A DNA stretch of 64,000 nucleotides. It comes from Candidatus Latescibacterota bacterium (GTDB taxonomy: Bacteria; Latescibacterota; UBA2968; UBA8231). The stretch is from NCBI GenBank assembly GCA_965261395.1, contig OZ253462.1, forward strand, positions 3,488,001 through 3,552,000, read 5' to 3'. Below, piece by piece: positions 28,527-36,351 of this stretch. Below the pieces are notes generated by a model. It did not search any database. It was not told the origin of the DNA and worked only from the letters and a program-made list of their open reading frames with translations. Positions within the stretch are counted from its first letter, which is position 1. Each line of letters starts with the position of its first letter. The position numbers and the translations under genes are program-made.

Positions 28527-29897
28527 TTAATCTTTCACAAAAACGAGTACCCATTCTCGAGTAATCATGCCTGCAGTTTCGTTGCGCTTAGTCATGAGGC
28601 CGCGTGAGCGGATGTTGTCAATCATTCGCAAGACAGTTCGAAAACCTGTTTCCTCTGCTATCATTCGCAAGTAGTGTTGTGTTTTAAACTCACGTCCACA
28701 GATTTGATTGTTCGCCACAACCAGCACAAAATACCCACCAACCTTCAAGCTTCGCCACACTTCTTCGATTGATTCACGCATTTCGCGGAGATACGTCGAG
28801 GCAATCGTGGCACGAATCGGGTTCTCACTGTGAATGTCCATGAGGAATCTATCAGCAGCGCGAAGGCCTGTTTGGGAAAACGTAGCGTAATCAGATTTCC
28901 GAACTTCTTCTCGCCCAATCGTTTCAATCTTGTATTTGCGTAGCTCGTTTGATCTGCAGAGTCCGAGCCATCCCAAGCTAAGGCAAGATGACCGAATATA
29001 CTTTTGGGCACCCGGATAGGGAGGGGATGTAATAACGAGCTGCACTTGGCCAGTGGGGGGCTTTCCATTTGACGGAGATGTAGTGTCGCTGTATCCAAAG
29101 CTTCGTGCGTCGGATGACACTATTTTTGCAGTCGGTAGTTCGTCCGTAAATGGCTCGATAGATGCGATCCGTCTTCGATTCGAGTTTAGGATTTCTTTGA
29201 AAATGGTAATGACGTTTATACGTCGAAGACGGCGTATGTGAGCATCCGTCTTCTCGCGAAGGTTGTGGCCTTCTGGATACTGTCCTGGCCGCAATTTCAC
29301 CGGCACGGAGAGACGCGGATCGGAGAGACTGACTCTCTTGACGCAGCTAGAGAAACACACTCGGAAGAAATCGCGTATCTTCTCTTGGCTCGTCGCTTCA
29401 ATTGCCTCGTACAGACATTGAAGCTGACGAATAACGTGAGGGTAAAACCAGTATGCCAAGTTAACTACATCTGGAGTGCCGTTTTGGGATTCTTTAGGAA
29501 TGCGGTCCAGAAGATGGTCAGTAGCTGAATCCAAGGTCAGCACTGGGACTGGTGAGGTCTTGACGGTGGTGAGCAGTTGAGCAAGTGGGTTAGAGTCGGC
29601 ACCTATTGCGCGTCGCCTAGCTAGTTGTGCCTCCAGCAGTACGGTACCAGAACCGCAAAAAGGGTCAGCAACGACGTCCCCTTGTCGAGAGAGAATCGAA
29701 TTGGCCAAGAAGAAAAACGGGATGTGCATTAGCAATTTCGCCGGATAGGGGTGGAGCAAATGCGTTGCACGCTCGGCGGTTGGAAGGCAAGACACGAGAC
29801 GACGAAAGTCGACCGGCACTGCGCGCCCTGTCCTCTCATAGCGCTCTAGCAAGCGTTCTAATGCAGCGTCTGTGGGATATGTGTCGTAGTTGAACAT
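28527..29897 (-). CDS. Amino DNA methyltransferase (probably N4-cytosine, alpha-type motif order)
   Basis: HPYPAK, motif I DPFCGSGT near the N-terminus, motif IV ITSPPY in the C-terminal half, LKVGG.FVLVVAN. Confidence 0.9.
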   Translation of the reverse strand: MFNYDTYPTDAALERLLERYERTGRAVPVDFRRLVSCLPTAERATHLLHPYPAKLLMHIPFFFLANSILSRQGDVVADPFCGSGTVLLEAQLARRRAIGADSNPLAQLLTTVKTSPVPVLTLDSATDHLLDRIPKESQNGTPDVVNLAYWFYPHVIRQLQCLYEAIEATSQEKIRDFFRVCFSSCVKRVSLSDPRLSVPVKLRPGQYPEGHNLREKTDAHIRRLRRINVITIFKEILNSNRRRIASIEPFTDELPTAKIVSSDARSFGYSDTTSPSNGKPPTGQVQLVITSPPYPGAQKYIRSSCLSLGWLGLCRSNELRKYKIETIGREEVRKSDYATFSQTGLRAADRFLMDIHSENPIRATIASTYLREMRESIEEVWRSLKVGGYFVLVVANNQICGREFKTQHYLRMIAEETGFRTVLRMIDNIRSRGLMTKRNETAGMITREWVLVFVKD

Positions 29898-30153
29898 GAA
29901 CGACGGTGCTAGTGTCCTGTCTCAGAGATAATTTGGATCCATAGTCTGCAGCGGCAATTTGATACGGTTCTTTCACTAAAGTAAAGAAATTGGTCCGTCG
30001 AATTAAGTGGTTTGCAGACCGCTATGACGAAAAAGGCTCGCACTTACGATATTGAGCACTCGGCAGGCTCGCAGCCTTGAGCAGCATCTTGAGGGCATGA
30101 TCCAATATTCTGGATGAGCAACACTATATAGAATCTTCACGTAATGGTCAACA

Positions 30154-30246
30154 TCAAGCGCCACCAGCGTCGGTGAGCAGGTCGATAACAGCCGCGAGCC
30201 GATCCTTGTCTTTCACCTTGGAGCGCAATGCGGTTGCCAGCGGCGT
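30154..30246 (-). repeat. Diverged duplicate of the ankyrin gene 3' end (copy of 31552-31644)
   Basis: 9 differences in 93 bp (7 synonymous); includes the TGA stop; begins 4 bp after the Fic stop. Confidence 0.95.
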
Positions 30247-30250
30247 CGGC

Positions 30251-31411
30251 TTATGGTAATTCGGTACCCTCGCCGAGAATGGCAAGATATTGATCATAGC
30301 CGAAAAGCCGGTTCCGCTTCTTGCCCGTCAATTCGCGCGCTACTCCGACCCGTTCGAGTATCTGCATCCCGGTGGTAACCGCGGGGACCGAGAGTTCAGT
30401 GCGCTTGGCAAGTTCTTGGATCGATGCAATCGGGTGCTCCTGCAAAGCTTGGTGGACGCGCAGCGCCGACCCCGCCGCACGACCTGTCTGTTGTATCTTT
30501 GCTTGGTCTTCCTGAAACAGAGCGAGCAGCCGCTGTGCGGTCGAGACGGCCCCCTCCGCGGTCTGCGTCACGCCGTCGAGAAAGAACGCGAGCCACGCTT
30601 CCCAGTCACCGTCTTTCCGCACAGTATTGAGGAGTTCGTAATAGCTCTCTCGGTGTTGTTTGAAGTAGAGGCTCAAATACAGCAGCGGCTCGCGCAGCAC
30701 TCCGTCGTGACACAGCAGGAACGTGATCAGCAGGCGGCCGACCCGTCCGTTACCGTCGAGGAAGGGATGGATGGTCTCGAATTGGACATGGGCGAGTCCT
30801 GCCCGCAGGAGGGCGGGCAATCCGCAAGCCTCGGTATGGAGAAATCGCTCCAGATCCGACATGCACTCTGCAACAGCGTGTGCCGGCGCGGGCACGAAGC
30901 GCGCCGTTCCGGGCCGGCTGCCGCCAATCCAGTTTTGTGAGCGCCGGAATTCACCTGGGGTTTTGTCGCTGCCGCGACCTCGTGCGAGCAACTCGGCATG
31001 GATCTCGCGGATGAGGCGATTGCAGAGCGGGAATCCCTCGCGTATCCGGCGCAATCCATGTTCTAGTGCCGCCACATAATTCGAGACCTCGACAACATCG
31101 TCGAGGGGGGTACCTGGCATCTCCTCTAGTTCGAACAACAGAAGATCCGACAGTGAGGACTGGGTACCCTCGATCTGGGAGGACAGCACAGCCTCTTTGC
31201 GGACATAGGTGTAAAGGAACAGGTGAGCGTCGGGCAGCAACACGGAGAGACTGTCCAACCGGCCCAGCGCCAGCAATGCCTTCTCTAGGGGACCCTGCAG
31301 AGCTATCAGATCCAGTGCAGGCACGGGCGGAAGCGGCGCAGGTACGAAAGCTCGCACCGTCTCATCGCCAACGATTGTGGTCTCGTATTGGCCGGTTTCG
31401 CCGCGTCTCAC
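30251..31411 (-). CDS. Fic family protein (Fic_N + Fido + C-terminal HTH)
   Basis: EAVLSSQIEGT, PGEFRRSQNWIG, HVQFETIHPFLDGNGRVGR. Confidence 0.93.
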   Translation of the reverse strand: MRRGETGQYETTIVGDETVRAFVPAPLPPVPALDLIALQGPLEKALLALGRLDSLSVLLPDAHLFLYTYVRKEAVLSSQIEGTQSSLSDLLLFELEEMPGTPLDDVVEVSNYVAALEHGLRRIREGFPLCNRLIREIHAELLARGRGSDKTPGEFRRSQNWIGGSRPGTARFVPAPAHAVAECMSDLERFLHTEACGLPALLRAGLAHVQFETIHPFLDGNGRVGRLLITFLLCHDGVLREPLLYLSLYFKQHRESYYELLNTVRKDGDWEAWLAFFLDGVTQTAEGAVSTAQRLLALFQEDQAKIQQTGRAAGSALRVHQALQEHPIASIQELAKRTELSVPAVTTGMQILERVGVARELTGKKRNRLFGYDQYLAILGEGTELP

Positions 31412-31422
31412 GGAGAGGTTTC

Positions 31423-31484
31423 CTTATTAAGCACAACGTAATAAGCCGTATTGTTATTAATATTTAACGCTAAAGTATTAATAA
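31423..31484. promoter_or_regulatory. Two TTATTA/TAATAA inverted repeats upstream of fic (putative operators)
   Basis: CTTATTA-N9-TAATAAG (31423-31445) and TTATTAATA-N13-TATTAATAA (31454-31484). Confidence 0.55.
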
Positions 31485-31551
31485 GAACTATCGAATGCAA
31501 GGAATGAGCGTCAGCAATGGTGCAGGCTATCCATGTTCCCTTAGCTGAAGC

Positions 31552-32565
31552 TCAAACGCCACCAGCGTCGGTGAGCAGGCCGATGACAGCCGCGAGCCGA
31601 TCCTTGTCTTTCACCTTTGAACGCAACGCAGTCGCCAACGGCGTTGCGCCCTTGTCGTCTTTGGCGTTCACATCGGCCCCTCGGTCGAGCAGCAAGGCGA
31701 CGATTTGGTCAAATCCCGCTTTGGCGGCGCAGTGCAAGGCCGTTTGGCCCTTGTGGTTCCTGACATTGACGTCGGCCCCGCAGTCGAGCAACTCGCGCAC
31801 GCGCTGGACATTGCCGCCGCGGTCGCCGCGCGACTGGAAGACAAGGGGCGGCCAGCCGCCCTCGGCGTGGTCCACATCCACTGCGACGCCGTGAGCGGTC
31901 AACAATTCGATGATCTCAGTATTGACGATGCCGGAACGAGGGGCCTCGGCGTGGGTTGGATCGGCCCCGGCGTCGAGCAGGGCCTTGAGGATATCGGCGC
32001 GATCCCGCCACACGGCAAAGCGAATCAGCCAGCCACTGTATGGCCGCGGATCGGCACCCCGCGCCAATAGCATCGTGACGATGGCGAGGTGCCCGGCGCT
32101 GACGGCGTAGTGCAAAACCGTCGTGCGCCGACAGGAATCGTGCTGCGCCTTTTCGGCCGTTGCCAGACCCAGTTCTCGGTCGAGGTAGTCGGCGACCGCA
32201 TCGCTTTCGCCGAGAAAGGCAGCGGTGTAGATATCGGTCGTGGCACCGCGTGTTAGCAGCCGGTCGGCGACTGCGTGATGGCGCTTGTAACGGGCGGCGC
32301 AGTAGGGGGAGATTTCGACTAGCAGAGGCGTGAAGTGACAGCCGCAGGCGTGGATGTCAGCGCCTTGATCGAGCAGGTAATCGACCATGGCGAGCCGTCC
32401 CCGGTACGCAGCTTCCCACAGCATGGTGCGACCGTGCGAACCGACGCGGCTGATCCACGCTGGTTTTTGCGCCAATACGGCCTGAACGGTTTGGAGGTCG
32501 CCGCGCCCGGCGGCAGCGACCGCGACCTTGAGAAAATCACTGGCTTTTCCCGGCAGAATCGACAT
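31552..32565 (-). CDS. Ankyrin-repeat protein
   Basis: GRT.LWEAA..G, GADVN.RN.KGQTALHCAAKAG, GATPL repeats. Confidence 0.92.
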   Translation of the reverse strand: MSILPGKASDFLKVAVAAAGRGDLQTVQAVLAQKPAWISRVGSHGRTMLWEAAYRGRLAMVDYLLDQGADIHACGCHFTPLLVEISPYCAARYKRHHAVADRLLTRGATTDIYTAAFLGESDAVADYLDRELGLATAEKAQHDSCRRTTVLHYAVSAGHLAIVTMLLARGADPRPYSGWLIRFAVWRDRADILKALLDAGADPTHAEAPRSGIVNTEIIELLTAHGVAVDVDHAEGGWPPLVFQSRGDRGGNVQRVRELLDCGADVNVRNHKGQTALHCAAKAGFDQIVALLLDRGADVNAKDDKGATPLATALRSKVKDKDRLAAVIGLLTDAGGV

Positions 32566-32577
32566 TGTTACCTGACC

Positions 32578-33948
32578 TTAAGGACTATAGTAGTTCCAAG
32601 TCATCTTACTGCGGCGGTAGTGGTCTTGCGACCACAGTCGCGGACGATCAGAACCCAGATTCTCGGACTCGTTGAAGTAGATGTGGAGTTGGTTGCCGTG
32701 CAAGACGATCAGTTCTTCGCGCCAATCTCCAGCTACATCGGCGACGTAGAGCCGGTCGGCCTTTTCCTTGAAGTGGTGGAGAAAGCGTCCGCTGAGCGGA
32801 TCGAAGATGCCAACGTCCCCGGAGGTATGGCGCTCTTTGGCTGCGGCAAGCTGCTTGCGGTCGCCCGTCCAATCGATCTTGTGGATGACCTCGACCCCTC
32901 TTACGGTCCAGCCCTCGGGTGCGACATCGTCCATTTGGTAATCCGCGATCTTCTTTCCCTGTGCGTCAAAGACGAAGGGCTTCTGATGCTCGTTATAGCG
33001 GCTCCGACACCATATCTCCAGGCCCGGCCGCTCCAAGTCGAATTCGCCGACCGCTGCATTCTGGGGTTCTTGATGGCGGAAGTGCGTTTCCCAGAAGAGT
33101 TGTTCGTGGTTGTAGAGGAAAATGCGATTGCCGCCACCTTCTTCTAAGGCGACGATTTCCAAGCCTGGTACGTTGGGTAGTACGTCGTAGATGAAGATCG
33201 AGTCGATGTGACCTTTTAAGGGAATCCGCAGTAGGATTTTTCCATCGGCAGAGACGACCGTTGCGCCGATGACCTCGTCTTGCCCATCTCTATTCAGATC
33301 GGCCAGCCGTACGCCGTTGTGGGCGCAGGAGACGAAATCGTCGCGTTCCCACAGGGGGGCAAAATTTCCGCGACGGAGATCTTCTATCGCATAGGCCGCT
33401 AGAAAGCGCCCCATGCGGTATCCCTCGGCGTTGGTGGCTTGGAGGAGTATGTCTCGATCTCCCGCGCCACGGAAATTGGCGACGACCAAATGCTCCCAGC
33501 GTTGGGTGCCTTTAGGAATGGGCGGCTTTGCGCTCCACTGCTCGCGCCCTGTAGTGCCATCGACCACATGGAGCGTGCCATCCTGGGTAAGGAACAGCAC
33601 TTCGACCTGTTCATCGCCATCGATGTCTGCGGCCTGAACGCCTGGACCGTGATGGCCGGGTAGGCCGAGGCGCTCTGAGGAGCCGCCTATCCAGAGGTCG
33701 GTTTCGAGTACCCAGAGTTTGCGGCCATCGTGGGCATGAGCTGTGAGATAATTGGGAACGGTGACCAAGTAATCCATGCGTCCATCCCCATTCAGATCGG
33801 CGACAATGAGGCCGCCGGCAGAATCCGTAGGGCCTGGAATGTCCAGTTGGATGACGAATGGATTTACGGGGTATGCAGGCCAGGGCGACCGCCTGTTCCC
33901 GGTGGTGGAACAACTGGCTAGGATTAACAGCGTCAGAAGCAGTTGCAA
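32578..33948 (-). CDS. FG-GAP/beta-propeller lipoprotein (rhamnogalacturonan lyase 11-like)
   Basis: Lipobox ILASC; repeated ADLNGDG / ADIDGD / ADVAGDWREELIV; HIDS and EPQN motifs. Confidence 0.65.
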   Translation of the reverse strand: MQLLLTLLILASCSTTGNRRSPWPAYPVNPFVIQLDIPGPTDSAGGLIVADLNGDGRMDYLVTVPNYLTAHAHDGRKLWVLETDLWIGGSSERLGLPGHHGPGVQAADIDGDEQVEVLFLTQDGTLHVVDGTTGREQWSAKPPIPKGTQRWEHLVVANFRGAGDRDILLQATNAEGYRMGRFLAAYAIEDLRRGNFAPLWERDDFVSCAHNGVRLADLNRDGQDEVIGATVVSADGKILLRIPLKGHIDSIFIYDVLPNVPGLEIVALEEGGGNRIFLYNHEQLFWETHFRHQEPQNAAVGEFDLERPGLEIWCRSRYNEHQKPFVFDAQGKKIADYQMDDVAPEGWTVRGVEVIHKIDWTGDRKQLAAAKERHTSGDVGIFDPLSGRFLHHFKEKADRLYVADVAGDWREELIVLHGNQLHIYFNESENLGSDRPRLWSQDHYRRSKMTWNYYSP

Positions 33949-33951
33949 TGC

Positions 33952-34884
33952 TTAGATCCCGTTCGAGCGGGCGCAGGCTAAGGCGACAATGGCAGCAGGC
34001 GCGTGCCAAAACGCAGACCAATTCTCGCCTCTATCCTCACTGCGGTAGAGCTGATCCTCGACAGCAGCCCAAGCAATCCCCTCGGCGTCAAAGGCGATGT
34101 GGAAAGTGTCGATATTGCCCTTGGCTTCGGGAAAGCCAGCAAGTGCCCGAGTCCAGGTGCGGCCGGCGTCGTGCGAAAAGTAGAGCTTGCCCTGCACATC
34201 GCCGCCATGGCCCGGTCCTTTGCTGACGCTGGCCAGCAGGCAGTCGGGATCGCGCGGGTGGACGGCCAAGGCGCGGCCATAGCGGTGTTCCAAGCCCTCG
34301 TTCCGATGCTCCCAAGAGTGGCCGTAGTCGTCGCTGGCAAAGACCGCGTCCGCAGTGTTGGCGTACAAGCGTCCCTCCATAGGGGCGGTGGCCACCTGAT
34401 GCACATCCGCGTGCAAGTCCGGGGTCACCGGCTCCCAGGTAGTGCCGCGGTCGGGCGAACGCATGATGCTGCCGACGTGGATATCGGCGAAAACCCAGTC
34501 GCCACTGCGCGCCAAACCGCGCACGGCCGGCGGACCGCCCCAAGGCGTGTACCAGCTCTGGCGGCATTCCAAAGCATCAAAGGATTCTATCCGGCTCGCC
34601 GGCCCGCTGTCGCCATTGAGACAGTACACGTGGGGCGGCTCCGTGCCCAGCAGCACTTGCAGCGGCTCTTCGGACAGCAGGGAGATGCACTCGACTGAAT
34701 CGCCGATGCCGGTGGCCTGCGGTTGGGCTTGGCCGTCGGCCAAGACGACCACTTGACCATCGGCCAAACCAATGGCGGAACAACGGACGCCCTCGTCTAG
34801 GCAGCGGATGCCGTCGGTGGCCAAGCATTGCGTGGGAGTTTCCCCCTCCAAGGTGAAAACTTGGTTACTAGTGACTATGAGCAT
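33952..34884 (-). CDS. BNR/Asp-box repeat beta-propeller (glycosyl hydrolase-like)
   Basis: S.D.G.TW Asp-boxes (SPDRGTTW, SDDYGHSW, SHDAGRTW, SEDRGENW); AGGAGG RBS. Confidence 0.8.
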   Translation of the reverse strand: MLIVTSNQVFTLEGETPTQCLATDGIRCLDEGVRCSAIGLADGQVVVLADGQAQPQATGIGDSVECISLLSEEPLQVLLGTEPPHVYCLNGDSGPASRIESFDALECRQSWYTPWGGPPAVRGLARSGDWVFADIHVGSIMRSPDRGTTWEPVTPDLHADVHQVATAPMEGRLYANTADAVFASDDYGHSWEHRNEGLEHRYGRALAVHPRDPDCLLASVSKGPGHGGDVQGKLYFSHDAGRTWTRALAGFPEAKGNIDTFHIAFDAEGIAWAAVEDQLYRSEDRGENWSAFWHAPAAIVALACARSNGI

Positions 34885-34958
34885 GATCGTCCTCCTGACG
34901 TTGGTTTTATAAAAGTCAAACCTTGCACAAATATGGGCCGATGATTTGACGCACCTGC

Positions 34959-36248
34959 TCAGCGCTTGAAGTCGTACTCCATCAGTTCGGCAGTGCCCTG
35001 CCATACGATACCATTGTGCCCCAGCCGACGTGCTTCGTCAACGATGCGGTCGATTGCCTCTGGTGGCCAACCCTCTCCGTGGATAATTGGATAGGATGGC
35101 ATGTCCGCCGGTAGGTATAGTTTCGTCTTCACCAGATCCCGCAAAACCAAGTCGGCCGTGGGGATCCGATAGGCCAGCGTCGCCGGCTCGTCAGCGCCGT
35201 ATGCGGCGATGGTCTCCGGCAACCCCATGCCGTCGTAGCCCGTAAATCGATAGACGAGCTGTAGGGCATCCTCTTCCGGCAGGTTGGGAATTTCCTGCTG
35301 CAGAAAGCGGGCCCACTCGATGAACGTGTTGCAGACAAAGGCGGAAATGTGGGACACCAGCGGGCTGGCAAAGTCGGCCATCTCATCCCAGCGCCGGTAA
35401 TTGTGGCCCGCCGTCAGGGCCATGGAGGCCGGGTAGGTGTCGGTGCCAAAGGCCTTGCCAGGGGCGGCCGCGTGCACCGCCGCCCGAAAGCGCGCTAGAT
35501 TGCGGGTGAGCAGGTCACAGCGGAAGCGGACCCAGTCGAGGACCCCCGACCGCAGACCGAGCGCGTGGACCACATCGAAGAAACCAACCCCGAGACGGAC
35601 TGCTTCACCGAGGCGAGCACCGTCGAGCCGGCGCAGGCTCTCCCGGGTACGCTGCAAGTCCTCGACCATTGCTTCCATGTCGTAACCGAGCTCTTGGGCG
35701 GCGGCTGTGCAAGAAGAACAGGTGCAGCCAAAAAGCCCTAGGGGAAAACTGCCCATCGGATAGCGGAAGTGGGTGATGTCGAGCGCGTCGAGATCATACT
35801 GGGTCGCCCAGTACACGCACACGGCTTCGATCCAGTCTTGCACATCCTCCCGCGATGGACAGAACATGAGCCGGCGGATCGTCCAAGCTCCTCCGCACGT
35901 CCACACATTCAGGCCTGCCTCCTTTAGCTGTCCCACAGCCTGTCTGAAGGCTTTGTCGTCGCCCCGAGCCGCAACGCCGGGACCGCACAGGGCCTGAGCC
36001 TGCTGGTATTCCCGCGGGTCTATGGGCCGACCATCGAAATGCCGTATAACGAGCTTGGTCAGCTCCTCTGCTGTCGGCGTGCGTCCCCCATAGGGACTGA
36101 GGGCGAGCACCTCCTCCGATAGCTGGCCCGTAAAGGAGAGAACCACCGTATTCAGACCGATCTCATCGCGCAGCCGCTCGACATAATCGGGGTATTTGAG
36201 CACCACATCCGTGGTCAGATAAATTCCCGTGAGCCAATTATTGGTCAT
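34959..36248 (-). CDS. Hypothetical protein, possible TIM-barrel glycoside-hydrolase-like fold
   Basis: FCPS...YDLDALDITHFRY, GCTC..C, WVRFRCD..T pattern; GAAAGGA RBS. Confidence 0.55.
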   Translation of the reverse strand: MTNNWLTGIYLTTDVVLKYPDYVERLRDEIGLNTVVLSFTGQLSEEVLALSPYGGRTPTAEELTKLVIRHFDGRPIDPREYQQAQALCGPGVAARGDDKAFRQAVGQLKEAGLNVWTCGGAWTIRRLMFCPSREDVQDWIEAVCVYWATQYDLDALDITHFRYPMGSFPLGLFGCTCSSCTAAAQELGYDMEAMVEDLQRTRESLRRLDGARLGEAVRLGVGFFDVVHALGLRSGVLDWVRFRCDLLTRNLARFRAAVHAAAPGKAFGTDTYPASMALTAGHNYRRWDEMADFASPLVSHISAFVCNTFIEWARFLQQEIPNLPEEDALQLVYRFTGYDGMGLPETIAAYGADEPATLAYRIPTADLVLRDLVKTKLYLPADMPSYPIIHGEGWPPEAIDRIVDEARRLGHNGIVWQGTAELMEYDFKR

Positions 36249-36351
36249 TTGTTTCCTTTCGGGAGTCGTAGCGAATCTACATCCCTCGTCGAACGAAATG
36301 CGACTCATATCAGAATAGAGCCGGGGCTTCTAGCTGCCAACAAGCCCGGAC

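Noticed and set aside
28527-29897. Classical type II restriction-modification system
   Set aside because: No recognisable endonuclease; the neighbours are a PRTase and an ATPase
14093-31644. Duplicated gene 3' ends as DGR template/variable repeats
   Set aside because: Mismatches are not adenine-specific, are mostly synonymous, and no reverse transcriptase is in the window
9800-32600. Prophage, ICE or IS element explaining the accessory region
   Set aside because: No integrase, transposase, relaxase, phage structural gene or terminal inverted repeats seen
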